Below, piece by piece: positions 1 through 15,042 of a DNA stretch of 64,000 nt. The notes under the pieces were generated by a model. That model saw nothing but the letters and a program-made list of their open reading frames with translations, had not been told where the DNA came from and made no database searches. This DNA is from Gemmatimonadales bacterium (GTDB taxonomy: Bacteria; Gemmatimonadota; Gemmatimonadetes; Gemmatimonadales; GWC2-71-9): contig JAWOLH010000026.1 in the NCBI GenBank assembly GCA_033853695.1, forward strand, positions 20,299 through 84,298, written 5' to 3'. Position 1 is the first letter of the stretch, and each line of letters begins with the position of its first letter. The position numbers were made by a program, and so were the translations under genes.

Positions 1-68
1 CACGAGACGACCGAGAACACCACCAGGACCGCGAGGACGACTTTCGTTTCGCGGCTCGATGTCAGCAC
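1..68 (-). CDS. 5' end of a CDS that runs off the left edge; the N-terminus looks like a signal or TM anchor
   Basis: GTG at 68..66 opens a frame to position 1 that reads MLTSSRETKVVLAVLVVFSVVS, a short charged n-region followed by a hydrophobic core. It is on the same strand as, and just downstream of, the epimerase gene. Too short to identify. Confidence 0.3.
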   Translation of the reverse strand, partial: MLTSSRETKVVLAVLVVFSVVS

Positions 69-118
69 CAGCTCCCATGGCGTGGTGGGCACCGCCCGCC
101 CGACTTGCAAGAGCACCC

Positions 119-1063
119 TTACCCCTCCCGGATCCAGCGGAGTGTGCGCGCCACGCCTTCGGGCAGCGCCACCCGCGGACGCCAATCCAGTTCCCGTGCG
201 GCCTTCGACACGTCCAGCGCACTGCGCAGGATCTCCCCGGCCCGCGCCGGGGCGTGGCTGATCGAGCTCTGCGAGCCGGCCGCGTCGGCGATGATCCGCG
301 TGAGGCGGTTGACCGTGGTCTCGACTCCGGTGCCGATGTTGTAGGCGCGGGCGTCGAGGCCGCCGAGCGGCGGCAAGGGGCGCTCGGCGGCAATGACGTT
401 GGCCGCGGCCACGTCCTCGACGTACACCAGGTCGCGCGTCTGTTCCCCGTCACCGTAGATCGTGACCGGCTCCCCGGCGAGCAGCCGGCGCCCGAAGATC
501 GCCACGACCCCCGCCTCTCCATGCGGATTCTGGCGCGGCCCGTACACGTTGCTGTAGCGCAGGCAGACCGCCTCCAGGCCGAACAACTGTGCGAACGTCG
601 CGAGATAGTACTCCGACGTCAGCTTGGCGGTCCCGTAGGGGGAGGCGGGGAGCTTGCCGGCGGTTTCGGGCGTCGGCGTGGGGGCACCATCGCCGTACAC
701 CGTTCCCCCCGATGACGCGAACACGACGCGGCGCACCCCCCCCGCCCGCGCCCCCTCGAGGACGTTCAGCAGGCCGATCACGTTCACCTGCGCGTCGAAT
801 ACCGGGTCGGCGACCGAGCGCCGCACGTCCATCTGGGCGGCGTGGTGATTGAGGATGGTGAAGCCGCCGGTGGCTGCGAGCGACCGGGCTTCTGGCGAGC
901 GGACGTCGGCGCGGACCAGCGGCACGCCGGCGGGGAGGTTCTCGGCCTTGCCGGATGAGAGGTCGTCGAGGACCGTGACGTCGTCACCGGCGGCCAGGTA
1001 GGCGCGGACGAGGTGGGAGCCGATGAACCCCGCGCCGCCCGTTATCAAGACTCGGCGTTTCAT
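119..1063 (-). CDS. NAD-dependent epimerase/dehydratase, UDP-glucose 4-epimerase (GalE)-like
   Basis: N-terminal Rossmann motif VLITGGAGFIGSH and the YxxxK catalytic motif (SPYGTAKLTSEYY). Extended-SDR length of 314 aa. ATG at 1063. Confidence 0.85.
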   Translation of the reverse strand: MKRRVLITGGAGFIGSHLVRAYLAAGDDVTVLDDLSSGKAENLPAGVPLVRADVRSPEARSLAATGGFTILNHHAAQMDVRRSVADPVFDAQVNVIGLLNVLEGARAGGVRRVVFASSGGTVYGDGAPTPTPETAGKLPASPYGTAKLTSEYYLATFAQLFGLEAVCLRYSNVYGPRQNPHGEAGVVAIFGRRLLAGEPVTIYGDGEQTRDLVYVEDVAAANVIAAERPLPPLGGLDARAYNIGTGVETTVNRLTRIIADAAGSQSSISHAPARAGEILRSALDVSKAARELDWRPRVALPEGVARTLRWIREG

Positions 1064-1133
1064 AGGAATGCGATTCCCGTGAGGGACCTGCCAACCGCCG
1101 GCGCCGGGCGATGCCGGTGCCGGGCGGAGGCGG

Positions 1134-2411
1134 TCAGGAGGGCATTTTCTTGATCAACCGCACCGGCATACCTGGAATGAGCTGCGGATTCGACATGCCG
1201 ATGACGATCGCCGAGGAGGTGTGTTCGCGGGTATGCGCAACCAGCAGCTGTACCCTGACCTCCTCGGACCGGGCACCGATCTCGCCCGATGCCGGGCGGT
1301 ATGCCTCGAACACATCCCCCAACGCCACGCCGTCGGCGCGGCCTTTGTCGAGGAACACCACCTGTTGCACGCTGGCGAGCACGTGCGAGTCCCGCATGTC
1401 GATCAGGTGACCCTGCAACCCCTGATCCACGTCCGCCGGGCGCACCTCGCCGGGATCCTTGAAGGGCTCGAGCGGCAACGCCACCGTCCCACCCCGGATT
1501 CGCCCGAACTGCATGATGATGGTCGCCAGCACCTGCTTCTGCTGCAGCGACGTGACCCGGGCCACCCCCACGGGGACGACGACCGAACCCCAGGGGTCGA
1601 GGTCGCGGTCGAGCCGCGCGACGAGCAGCGAGTCCCCGATGTGATACGACGCCTGCGACGGCGGCAGAATGGCGAGCTCCTCGAACTGTGTAGCCACGCT
1701 CGCTTGCGGATTCGCCAGCACCGGAATCGACGGCTTCGCCGTGTTCCCCACGACCGTCGCCCACGGCAGCTTTTCGCCCTCGGTCAGGAAGCCGGACGAG
1801 TAGAACTCGCCGCGCCGTACCGGGCGGTACACCTGGTGCGCGTACGCGCGCAGCACGTCCGCGACGCGTTGCTGCTGCGTCGCGCGGCGGTCAAAGATGG
1901 TCCCCGGCCCCTCGGGCTCGGCCGCAGGCGGCGGGGGCGGCGGAGCGACCTGCGTCGTGTCGGCCGCACCCGTGGTGTCCGCCGCGCCGGCCTCGCGCTG
2001 CGCGACGGTCTGCGTCGTATCGGTCACAGGAGCCGTTGCGATGCCGCCCAGGTCCAGCACCTCGCCGGGGTAGATCCAGTGGGGGTCCTCGATCACCGAC
2101 GTATTACGGCGGTAGATCTCCGGCCACAGGAGGGCATCGGAAAAGTTCTGCTGTGAGATCGACCAGAGCGTCTCACCGCTGACGACGACGTGTTTGCCGG
2201 CGGCGGGAAGCGGCGGTGTGGTGTCTTGCGAGACCGCCGGGTGGGGCTTGGTGGTGTCTTGCGGGGCCGCCGGGTGAGCCTTCGTCGTGTCTTGCGGGGC
2301 CGCCGGGCGAGCCGTAGTGGTGTCCTGCGCGACGAGGGTCGCGGCCAGCGGCAGGGCGACCACCACGGCCCACATGACGCGGCTAGAACGGCAGATCGTC
2401 GTCCTCCTCAT
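1134..2411 (-). CDS. Secreted LysM-domain (peptidoglycan-binding) protein with N-terminal Pro/Thr-rich tandem repeats
   Basis: Signal-peptide-like N-terminus (MRRTTICRSSRVMWAVVVALPLAATLVAQ). LysM-like segment HVVVSGETLWSISQQ...WPEIYRRN...IYPGEVL. ATG at 2411 overlaps the ssb 3' end by 29 nt; an alternative ATG at 2375 avoids the overlap. Confidence 0.8.
   Translation of the reverse strand: MRRTTICRSSRVMWAVVVALPLAATLVAQDTTTARPAAPQDTTKAHPAAPQDTTKPHPAVSQDTTPPLPAAGKHVVVSGETLWSISQQNFSDALLWPEIYRRNTSVIEDPHWIYPGEVLDLGGIATAPVTDTTQTVAQREAGAADTTGAADTTQVAPPPPPPAAEPEGPGTIFDRRATQQQRVADVLRAYAHQVYRPVRRGEFYSSGFLTEGEKLPWATVVGNTAKPSIPVLANPQASVATQFEELAILPPSQASYHIGDSLLVARLDRDLDPWGSVVVPVGVARVTSLQQKQVLATIIMQFGRIRGGTVALPLEPFKDPGEVRPADVDQGLQGHLIDMRDSHVLASVQQVVFLDKGRADGVALGDVFEAYRPASGEIGARSEEVRVQLLVAHTREHTSSAIVIGMSNPQLIPGMPVRLIKKMPS
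2196..2327 (-). repeat. Four tandem 33-bp (11-aa) repeats inside the LysM gene
   Basis: Protein repeats QDTTTARPAAP / QDTTKAHPAAP / QDTTKPHPAVS / QDTTPPLPAAG. The DNA period ggtgtcttgcgRgRccgccgggtg is visible on the plus strand. Confidence 0.7.
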
Positions 2412-2862
2412 CCAGGGCCTCCGGGAACGCGTCGAGCGACTCGGTCTTGCCTTCGGGAGTCACCTTCGCCGTCGCCTTGGCGCGGGCGAAGTCTCCCGAT
2501 CCTTCACCCCCGGCGCCCCGGGGCGACAAGAGGATGATTTCTCGAGCGACGATCTCGGTGACGTAGCGGGTCTGTTTCTCCCGGTCTTCCCAGGTGCGGT
2601 ATTCCACCCGCCCCTCGACGTACACCTTGTCGCCCTTCTTCATGTACTTCTCTGCGAGATCGGCCAGCTGCGATCCCTTGTTATTCCAACAGATCACCCG
2701 GTGCCACTCCGTCTTCTCCTGCTTCTCGCCCTTCTGATCGGTCCACTGCCGGCTGGTGGCGAGGGAAAGGTTGGCGACCTTCGACCCGTTGCTGGTGCTG
2801 CGCACCTCTGGATCGGCCCCCAAATTGCCGATCAACATGACCTTATTCAGGCTTCTGCTCAC
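2383..2862 (-). CDS. ssb: Single-stranded DNA-binding protein
   Basis: OB-fold N-terminus MSRSLNKVMLIGNLGADPEVR...TEWHRVICWN, a Gly-rich linker and the acidic C-terminal tip EEDDDLPF. GTG start at 2862 with AGGAGG 5-6 nt upstream. Confidence 0.95.
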   Translation of the reverse strand: MSRSLNKVMLIGNLGADPEVRSTSNGSKVANLSLATSRQWTDQKGEKQEKTEWHRVICWNNKGSQLADLAEKYMKKGDKVYVEGRVEYRTWEDREKQTRYVTEIVAREIILLSPRGAGGEGSGDFARAKATAKVTPEGKTESLDAFPEALDEEDDDLPF

Positions 2863-2907
2863 GACTGCCTCCTGGCATTAGGCGGGTGGGGGCCAAGGAT
2901 GCCCCAG

Positions 2908-2936
2908 ATTATATGACTCGCAAGTCATTCTGTCAA
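2908..2936 (-). promoter_or_regulatory. Consensus sigma-70-type promoter for ssb (TTGACA-N17-TATAAT)
   Basis: The minus strand reads ttgaca (2936..2931), a 17-nt spacer, then tataat (2913..2908), about 45 nt upstream of the ssb GTG. The spacer carries the inverted repeat ATGACT-N4-AGTCAT (2913..2928). Confidence 0.6.
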
Positions 2937-2962
2937 TCAAAGATACGCCACTTGTACCCCTT

Positions 2963-3469
2963 TTACGCGGAAGTGCTGTCTGCCGAAATGGCGGCCCGGA
3001 GAACGACGGCGTCCTCCATCGGTCGCTGGTAGTACCGCGGCCGCCGCCCCACCTCCTCAAAACCAAACGACTCGTACAACTGCTGCGCCGGAATATTGGA
3101 CTCGCGCACCTCGAGGAATGCGGAGACCACCCCGCGGCGAGCAAACTCGCCGAGCAGCGTGCGCACCAGCGCCGTGCCGATACCGCGGCGCCGCACCGCC
3201 AACGCGACCCCGAGATTGAGGATCTCCCCCTGATCCACGACCGCGCGCCCGACGATGTACCCGATCGGCGCGGCACCGTTCTCCGCGACGTAGATCGGCC
3301 AACCGTTCCGGAGACAGTCGGCGAAGTCGCCGCGCGACCACGGATCGGTAAAGGCGATCCGTTCCAGCGCAGCAAGCGCCGGCAGGTCAGCTTCCCGGGC
3401 GGGTCTGATGTGAAAGGGGACGTCCGTGGTGAGCCTCCCAACGTGCCTGCGCTTCGGCGGGCCGGCCAT
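2963..3469 (-). CDS. rimI: Ribosomal-protein-alanine N-acetyltransferase (GNAT)
   Basis: GNAT core ...IGYIVGRAVVDQGEILNLGVALAVRRRGIGTALV...LEVRESNIPAQQLYESFGF. Sits in the conserved tsaE-tsaB-rimI context. The start is uncertain: ATG 3469 is chosen and overlaps the tsaB tail by 83 nt. The track ORF extends to 3610. Confidence 0.8.
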   Translation of the reverse strand: MAGPPKRRHVGRLTTDVPFHIRPAREADLPALAALERIAFTDPWSRGDFADCLRNGWPIYVAENGAAPIGYIVGRAVVDQGEILNLGVALAVRRRGIGTALVRTLLGEFARRGVVSAFLEVRESNIPAQQLYESFGFEEVGRRPRYYQRPMEDAVVLRAAISADSTSA

Positions 3470-4121
3470 ACTCCGGTTCCGCCGTAGCGGGATCCTCGAT
3501 GGGGCGCGCGGCACCCGCGAGCGGCACGAGCGCCAGCAACGACGCCGCCACGGGTCGCAGGGCGCGAACGTCGAGCGGCCGCGCGCCCGTCCACTGCTCC
3601 AGCGCCGCACCGTAACGCACCGCCCCGTCGCCCACCGCCGCGCGCGGACGCACGGGCGCTGCGGCCATCAACTCCTCCAGCGTCCAGAGCGCAGGGGCGA
3701 CGACGACCTCGAGACGCTCCAGCCGCACCACATATACGGCACCAAAGACCTGGCCGCGCAGCGCATCGAAACAGGCCACGATGGGAACGGGTCCGAGCAC
3801 CGCCGCCGCGCTCGCCGCGGCGGCCGCCAGCGCCGGGATCGCGATGAGGGGGATGTCCCGCTCCTGCGCGAGGCCCTTGGCGGCCGCCCATCCGATGCGC
3901 AACCCGGTGAAACTTCCCGGTCCATCGGAAACGACGAGCCCCGCCAGGTCGGCGATGGCGAGGCCGGCCGCGCGCAGGGTGCGATCGACGAGCTCGACGA
4001 TCCCTCCGGCGTGCGTGCGCGCGCCTTCGAGCAACGTTGCGGAGCGGGCCTGCGGTGGCTCCCCCGCGGCCACCGACGCGACCGCGGTCGCCGTATCGAG
4101 CGCGAGCCACGCGCCGCTCAC
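3387..4121 (-). CDS. tsaB: tRNA t6A37 biosynthesis protein TsaB (YeaZ)
   Basis: WLALDTAT...GIVELV...VVSDGPGSFTGLRIGWAAAKGLA, the ASKHA-fold TsaB signature. GTG at 4121 forms a GTGA overlap with the tsaE stop. The track ORF start at 4217 would overlap tsaE by 100 nt. Confidence 0.85.
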   Translation of the reverse strand: MSGAWLALDTATAVASVAAGEPPQARSATLLEGARTHAGGIVELVDRTLRAAGLAIADLAGLVVSDGPGSFTGLRIGWAAAKGLAQERDIPLIAIPALAAAAASAAAVLGPVPIVACFDALRGQVFGAVYVVRLERLEVVVAPALWTLEELMAAAPVRPRAAVGDGAVRYGAALEQWTGARPLDVRALRPVAASLLALVPLAGAARPIEDPATAEPEYGRPAEAQARWEAHHGRPLSHQTRPGS

Positions 4122-4522
4122 CGCTCCTCCAGGATCCGGTAGGCAGGATCGCTGTCGTGACTGAGATGGAAGTAGCGATCGAGCGGCGGCATCATGTGCC
4201 CGGCCTTCTCCGGCCATTCCACGAGCAGAATGGCCTTCTGCAGGAGGATGTCGTCGAGGCCCAGATCGCGGGCTTCCTTGGACGACTGCAGTCGATAGCA
4301 GTCGACGTGGAACACGGGCCCGCTGGGCGACTCGTAGCGGTGGACGAGGGCGTAGGTCGGACTCGTCGCCGGGACCTCCGCCCCCAGACCGCGGCAGATT
4401 GCCTGGACCAGCGCCGTTTTCCCGGCGCCGAGGTCGCCCGAGATACCGATGATCACCGGGGGGCGCAGTGCGCTGCCCAGGTCCTCACCGAACCGGTTGA
4501 GCTCGTCCTCGCGCAGGCGCAC
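4118..4522 (-). CDS. tsaE: tRNA t6A37 biosynthesis ATPase TsaE (YjeE)
   Basis: P-loop GDLGAGKT followed by [11 protein letters not shown], the typical TsaE motif pair. 134 aa. Confidence 0.85.
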   Translation of the reverse strand: MRLREDELNRFGEDLGSALRPPVIIGISGDLGAGKTALVQAICRGLGAEVPATSPTYALVHRYESPSGPVFHVDCYRLQSSKEARDLGLDDILLQKAILLVEWPEKAGHMMPPLDRYFHLSHDSDPAYRILEER

Positions 4523-6515
4523 GGCGCCCTCCCCGCGGCTCGAGCTCCGCCTTGAGCTCGAGGAGTTGATCGCGCAGCAGGGCGGCCTGCTCGAAATCCA
4601 GGGCTTCGGCGGCCGCCTGCATCTGTGATTCGAGGAGCCGGATCATCGCCTCGCGCTCGCGGGCGTCCGCGGGGCGGTGCACCGGCGTCTCCGGGACGCG
4701 GCTGCCGCGCGCGTCGGCGACCCGCGTGACGAAACGAATATCGCCGACCGATTTCACGATCGAGCGCGGCGTCACGCCATGCTCCACGTTGTAGGCCTGC
4801 TGCAGCGCCCGGCGTCGCGACATCTCCTCGAGCGCGCGCTGCATCGACCCCGTCATCCGGTCGGCGTACAGGATCGCCCGGCCGTGCAGGTTGCGGGCCG
4901 CCCGGCCCACCGTCTGAATGAGCGAGCGATCGGACCGCAGGAAGCCTTCCTGATCCGCGTCCAGCACCGCAACGAGCGACACCTCGGGGAGGTCGAGACC
5001 CTCGCGCAGCAGGTTGATGCCGACGAGGACGTCGAACTCACCGAGCCGCAGCCCCCGGATGATCTCGACCCGCTCGATGGCGTCGATCTCCGAGTGGAGG
5101 TATCTGACACGCACGCCGTGCTGCTGCAGGTAATCGGTGAGGTCCTCCGCCATCCGTTTGGTGAGCGTCGTGACGAGCACGCGCTCTCCCGCCCTGGCGC
5201 GCTCCCGGATCTCGTGCAGCAGGTCGTCGACCTGCCCCTTGACCGGGCGGACCTCCACCTCCGGATCGACGAGCCCCGTGGGGCGGATGATCTGCTCCAC
5301 CACCACGCCTTCGGACAAGCGCAGCTCCAGGTCGCCGGGAGTCGCCGAGACGAAGATGATGCGCGGCACGAGCTCCATGAACTCGTCGTAGCGCAGCGGC
5401 CGGTTGTCGAGCGCCGAGGGGAGCCGGAAGCCGTAGTCGACCAGCGTCTGTTTGCGCGAGCGGTCGCCCTCGTACATCCCCCCCAGCTGCGGCAACGTCT
5501 GGTGCGACTCGTCGATCACGCAGATGAAGTCGCCGGGAAAGTAGTCGAGCAGGCACGCTGGCCGTTCCCCCGTCTCCCGGCCGGTGAGATGCCGCGAGTA
5601 GTTCTCGATCCCGGTGCAGCGCCCCACCTCGAGCAGCATCTCGACATCAAATTGGGTGCGCGATTCCAGCCGCTGCGCCTCGACGAGCTTGTTCTGCGAG
5701 CGCAGCTCGCCGAGCCGCTCCCGGAGCTCGGCCCGGATCGCCGCCACCGCGCGCTCGACCGTCGGACGCTCGGTCACGAAGTGCGTGGCCGGATAGATGA
5801 CGGCCCGCTTGAGCTGGGCGATGGGGTTGCCGGTGAGCGGATCGATCTTGGTCACGCGCTCGACCGCGTCGCCCCACAGTTCGATGCGCACGCCCTGCTC
5901 GTCGTAGGCGGGGAGCACCTCGATCGTGTCACCGCGCACGCGGAAGGTGCCGCGCTCGAACGCCGTGTCGTTTCGCGCATAGTTGATGCGCACCAGATCG
6001 GCGAGAATCGCGTCCCGCCCCCGCTCTTCGCCCACGCCGACGGTCATCAACAGGCGGCGATACGCTTCGGGATCGCCCAGGCCGTAGATCGCCGAGACGC
6101 TCGAAACGATGATGACGTCGTCCCGCTCCATCAGGCTCGACGTCGCCCGCAGCCGGAGCGCGTCGATGTCGTCGTTGATCGACGAGTCCTTGGCGATGTA
6201 GGTGTCGGTCTGGGGAACGTAGGCTTCAGGCTGATAGTAGTCGTAGTAGGAAATGAAGAACTCGACAGCGTTTCGCGGAAACAGGGCCTTCAGCTCGCCA
6301 TACAACTGTGCCGCCAATGTCTTGTTGTGCGACAGAACGAGCGTGGGGCGCTGCGCGGCGGCGATGACGTGCGCCATCGTCATCGTCTTCCCCGACCCCG
6401 TGACCCCGAGCAACGTCTGGTAGCGTTCGCCGTGCGCCAGCCCGGCGCTCAGCGCCTGGATGGCGTGCGGCTGGTCCCCTGCCGGGGCGAAGGGTGAGAC
6501 GAGCTCGAACGGCAT
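4485..6515 (-). CDS. uvrB: Excinuclease ABC subunit B
   Basis: [19 protein letters not shown]..., Walker A GVTGSGKT, helicase motifs, and a C-terminal UVR domain ([15 protein letters not shown]). 676 aa. Confidence 0.97.
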   Translation of the reverse strand: MPFELVSPFAPAGDQPHAIQALSAGLAHGERYQTLLGVTGSGKTMTMAHVIAAAQRPTLVLSHNKTLAAQLYGELKALFPRNAVEFFISYYDYYQPEAYVPQTDTYIAKDSSINDDIDALRLRATSSLMERDDVIIVSSVSAIYGLGDPEAYRRLLMTVGVGEERGRDAILADLVRINYARNDTAFERGTFRVRGDTIEVLPAYDEQGVRIELWGDAVERVTKIDPLTGNPIAQLKRAVIYPATHFVTERPTVERAVAAIRAELRERLGELRSQNKLVEAQRLESRTQFDVEMLLEVGRCTGIENYSRHLTGRETGERPACLLDYFPGDFICVIDESHQTLPQLGGMYEGDRSRKQTLVDYGFRLPSALDNRPLRYDEFMELVPRIIFVSATPGDLELRLSEGVVVEQIIRPTGLVDPEVEVRPVKGQVDDLLHEIRERARAGERVLVTTLTKRMAEDLTDYLQQHGVRVRYLHSEIDAIERVEIIRGLRLGEFDVLVGINLLREGLDLPEVSLVAVLDADQEGFLRSDRSLIQTVGRAARNLHGRAILYADRMTGSMQRALEEMSRRRALQQAYNVEHGVTPRSIVKSVGDIRFVTRVADARGSRVPETPVHRPADAREREAMIRLLESQMQAAAEALDFEQAALLRDQLLELKAELEPRGGRRAPARGRAQPVR

Positions 6516-6528
6516 GGCGCCAAAATAA

Positions 6529-8709
<2,181 letters not shown>

Positions 8710-8735
8710 CCGTGGAGGATGGCGAGGCTCCGTCG

Positions 8736-9419
8736 CTACAGCAAGCCCGCCTCCGAAAAACTGATATAGCGCTCACCGCCGATGATGACGTGATCGTAGA
8801 CGGGGAGGTCGAGGAGCCGTCCCGCCTCGACCAGCTGGCGGGTGACCGCCCGGTCATCCGCCGAAGGGGTGGGATCGCCGCTCGGGTGGTTGTGCACGAC
8901 GATGACGCCGGCCGCCGCCTCGGCGATGGCCGCGCGGAACACCTCGCGCGGGTGCACCAACGAGCTGTTGAGCAGCCCGCGGGTGATCAGCAGGTCGGCG
9001 AGGAGCTGGCTCTGGGTCCCCAGCGCCAGGACGTGGAATTCCTCGACCGCGAGGTCTCTCAGGCGGGGGGAGCAGAGCCGCTGAACATCGCCCGGGCCGC
9101 GGATCCGCTGAGGCGGGGGCGTCGCCTCAGCCTCGAGACGCCGTCCCAGCTCGAGCGCGGCAGCGAGACGGGCGGCTTTGGCTCGCCCGACCCCGGGGGT
9201 GCGCGCGACCTCGACCGCCGGCCGGCTCGCCAACCGGCACAACGATCCTTCCACCCGTGACAACAACTCCGCCGCGACCTCGAGCGCCCCCCTCCCGGCG
9301 TATCCCGTGCCGAGCAGCAGGGCGACGAGCTCCTGAGCGGTGAGCGCCTGGACGCCGAGGCGCCACAGACGCTCGCGCGGCCGATCGGCCGCCGGCTGCC
9401 CCGCGTCGACCATGACCAT
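8736..9419 (-). CDS. radC: RadC-family JAB/MPN domain protein (UPF0758)
   Basis: N-terminal HhH-like region, plus the JAMM motif VHNHPSGDPTPSADD and the C-terminal HVIIG. Confidence 0.9.
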   Translation of the reverse strand: MVMVDAGQPAADRPRERLWRLGVQALTAQELVALLLGTGYAGRGALEVAAELLSRVEGSLCRLASRPAVEVARTPGVGRAKAARLAAALELGRRLEAEATPPPQRIRGPGDVQRLCSPRLRDLAVEEFHVLALGTQSQLLADLLITRGLLNSSLVHPREVFRAAIAEAAAGVIVVHNHPSGDPTPSADDRAVTRQLVEAGRLLDLPVYDHVIIGGERYISFSEAGLL

Positions 9420-9503
9420 CGGCGGTCAACGTAGCAGCGGGATGGGAATGTCGTGGTACCAGAAGCACGCCGCGATGAGCAGAACGCGGCGCGGGGCGGC
9501 GCG

Positions 9504-12800
<3,297 letters not shown>

Positions 12801-12806
12801 CAGTCC

Positions 12807-13373
12807 TCAGCTCGTGCGATACAGGCCGTGCGCGGCGATGTACTCGCGCACCGCGTCGGGCACCAGATACCGGATGGAGCGCCCCGCGGCGACCCGCCAC
12901 CGGACGTCGGTTGCCGAGATCTCGATCGCGGGCACCTCGATCACTCGCCGGATCGGCAGGTTCGGGGCGATCGCGCACCCGGGCCGGCCGAATACCACGA
13001 TGTCCGCCAGACCGGGAAGCGCCCCCGCTTCATGCCAGGCGGGCAGCTCGGCGGCCGCATCCGCCCCCAAGAGTAACGTGAACCGGTTCCCCGGCTCACG
13101 CTCCCCCAGCGCGCGCAATGTATGCACGGTGTAGGACGGCGCGGGCAGGTCGAGCTCGATCCGTTCGACCGCGAGCCGGGGGTTGCCGCGCACGGCGAGG
13201 TCGAGCATCTCGACGCGCTGGGCCGGCGTTGCGCGGGCGGCGCCCCGCTTGAAGGGCTGCTCGCGCGCCGGCATGAGCCGCACCCGCGCTCCCAGGGCGT
13301 CGGCGGCCGCTTCGGCGACCACGAGATGTCCGAGATGTACCGGATCGAAGGAGCCGCCGAACAGCGCGTCCAC
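12807..13373 (-). CDS. nadD: Nicotinate-nucleotide adenylyltransferase
   Basis: GGSFDPVHLGH (HxGH motif) and EISATDVR (ISSTxxR-like motif). GTG at 13373 lies 4 nt after the bamD stop. The 430-aa track ORF is an upstream extension into bamD. Confidence 0.9.
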   Translation of the reverse strand: MDALFGGSFDPVHLGHLVVAEAAADALGARVRLMPAREQPFKRGAARATPAQRVEMLDLAVRGNPRLAVERIELDLPAPSYTVHTLRALGEREPGNRFTLLLGADAAAELPAWHEAGALPGLADIVVFGRPGCAIAPNLPIRRVIEVPAIEISATDVRWRVAAGRSIRYLVPDAVREYIAAHGLYRTS

Positions 13374-13377
13374 GCGC

Positions 13378-14130
13378 TCAGGGCGTGGTGCCGGCCGGGG
13401 TCGTGACCGGGGGGCACGAGCGCTCGACGTTGCGCGCCTGCGGATAGAACTGGCGCAGATGGGCGCACGCTTCCTGGCGCTCCTCCTTGTATCCGATGAT
13501 GCGATAGCTGTCGGCGAGCCGCAGCAAGGCGTCCACCGCGCGCGGTGTCTCGGGGTAGTTCGCCAGCACGTCCTTGAAGTAGATGATGCCGGAGTCGTAC
13601 GCTCCGCGCTTGAAATAGAAGAGACCGTTTCTGTAATCCTTGTCGGCAAACCACTCGCGCAGCTGGCGCACATGAACCTGTGCCCGAGCGGTGGCATCGG
13701 TGCCGGGATAGCGGCCCGCCAGCTCCTGATAGGTCGCCAACGCCGACTGGCCGTAGCTGGGATCGAGCTCGGGGCTGTGCCACAGCCGCATCTGTGCATC
13801 GCCGGCGCGCAGCAACGCCGTAGGCGCGTAGCCACTCTGCGGGAACTGGTCCGCGGTTTCGCGAAAGTCGTGCGCGGCCTCGACCAGCTGCCCCGATTGG
13901 AACTCGGCCTCCGCCAGGTAATAGTGGGCTTCCGCGAGCGTGGAATCGTTGGGCGCCAGCTCGAACTGGAGGCGGCGATAGCTCTGCATCGCCTTCCCCA
14001 TGTCGCCGGCGTGGAACTGGCGCCGCGCCTGCACCAGCAGATCGGCCGGCCCCAGGGTCGTGACGGGGCGCGCGCCATGGTGGCACGCGATGAGCGCAAG
14101 AAGCGGGAGCCAACGGATTACTCGCATCAA
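13378..14130 (-). CDS. bamD: Outer-membrane protein assembly factor BamD (YfiO)-like TPR lipoprotein
   Basis: Lipobox LLALIAC. TPR-like repeats with the characteristic ...AHYYLAEAEFQSGQ...YPGTDATARAQVHVRQLREWFADKDYRNGLFYFKRGAYDSGIIYFKDVLANYPETP... layout. Confidence 0.8.
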   Translation of the reverse strand: MMRVIRWLPLLALIACHHGARPVTTLGPADLLVQARRQFHAGDMGKAMQSYRRLQFELAPNDSTLAEAHYYLAEAEFQSGQLVEAAHDFRETADQFPQSGYAPTALLRAGDAQMRLWHSPELDPSYGQSALATYQELAGRYPGTDATARAQVHVRQLREWFADKDYRNGLFYFKRGAYDSGIIYFKDVLANYPETPRAVDALLRLADSYRIIGYKEERQEACAHLRQFYPQARNVERSCPPVTTPAGTTP

Positions 14131-15042
14131 TCACTCGTGCTGTGGGCCGCTCGTCGAATCCGCTTTGCCGAGGGCGTTGAGTTTTTCCTGTGCGCGCTGC
14201 GCCAACGTGTCTCCCGGCATTCCGCCGACGAGTGCCTGCTGATAAAAGTCGACTGCCGACGTGATGTCGCCGCGGGCCAGCGCCACGTCTCCCAGACCGA
14301 GCGCCGCTGACCGCGCCACCTCGGTCCCCGCCCCCGGCGTGGAGGCCCGCTGAAACCAGGCCTCGGCGTCGGCGGGATGGCCCGCGGCGAGGATCGCTTC
14401 GCCGCGCATCAGCGCGCAGCGCGCCATCCCCTCGCGCGCGGCATCCAGGACCGCGGGCTGCCGCTGCCGTCGTAGCACGCCGTCGAACACGGCCGACGCC
14501 GTCACGCAGTCCTTCGCCAGAGCCGCTGCCTCCCCATACACGTACAACAGGGAGTCGGCGGTCCCGGCATCGGGAGCGGTGGCGATGGCCGTGGGCAGGT
14601 ACGCCAGCGCGTCTGCGGAGTTCCCCGCCGCGGCGGCGTCGAGTGCCACGACCCCCGCGTAGGGCCCGAGGGAGCGCGTCGGGGCGATCTCCCGCAGGCC
14701 GTCCAGGGCGGCCGCCAGCGCGGTGCGGTCGTTCGACCCTCCCGCCTGGCGGGCCGTGCGCTCGAGCCCGTCGGCGGCCTCATCCGTCCGGCTCGGATCG
14801 TCGTGGGCCAGAGCGCGGTACTCTTGCGCCGCGAAGCCGAGATCGCCGGTGTGGAGCGCGGCCGCGGCAGCCTTCGCGTGGAGCCCCTTGCCGCCTCCGG
14901 CGCGCAGGCCGAGCTGGTATTCGGCAAGGGCGCTGCGGTAGTCGGCAGCCACATACAGCCGGTCCCCGAGGACTTCATGATTGGCCGCGCTCTGGGCGCA
15001 GGCTACGGTCGCCAGCGCCAGGGCGGCGATGCGGCGGTTCAC
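14131..15042 (-). CDS. Secreted TPR-repeat protein
   Basis: Signal peptide MNRRIAALALATVACAQSA, followed by an Ala-rich protein with TPR-like periodicity (YRSALAEYQL..., FAAQEYRALA..., AVDFYQQAL). Function unknown. Confidence 0.7.
   Translation of the reverse strand: MNRRIAALALATVACAQSAANHEVLGDRLYVAADYRSALAEYQLGLRAGGGKGLHAKAAAAALHTGDLGFAAQEYRALAHDDPSRTDEAADGLERTARQAGGSNDRTALAAALDGLREIAPTRSLGPYAGVVALDAAAAGNSADALAYLPTAIATAPDAGTADSLLYVYGEAAALAKDCVTASAVFDGVLRRQRQPAVLDAAREGMARCALMRGEAILAAGHPADAEAWFQRASTPGAGTEVARSAALGLGDVALARGDITSAVDFYQQALVGGMPGDTLAQRAQEKLNALGKADSTSGPQHE

Noticed and set aside
1097-1127. A GC-rich tandem gccggcgccgggcg / gccggtgccgggcg plus a ggaat-gcg-attcc mini-hairpin between the LysM gene and the epimerase, considered as a terminator or attenuator.
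   Set aside because: The stems are short (3-5 bp) and there is no U-tract. Such GC palindromes are frequent in this composition.
4677-6497. Very long ORFs antisense to real genes. Examples are 4677..6497 opposite uvrB, 6625..8769 opposite rel, 10635..12788 opposite secA, 24178..26352 opposite carB and 33183..35393.
   Set aside because: Their translations are Arg/Ala/Gly/Pro/Asp-rich low-complexity strings with no motifs. High GC content depletes stop codons in antisense frames. The opposite-strand genes are unambiguous.
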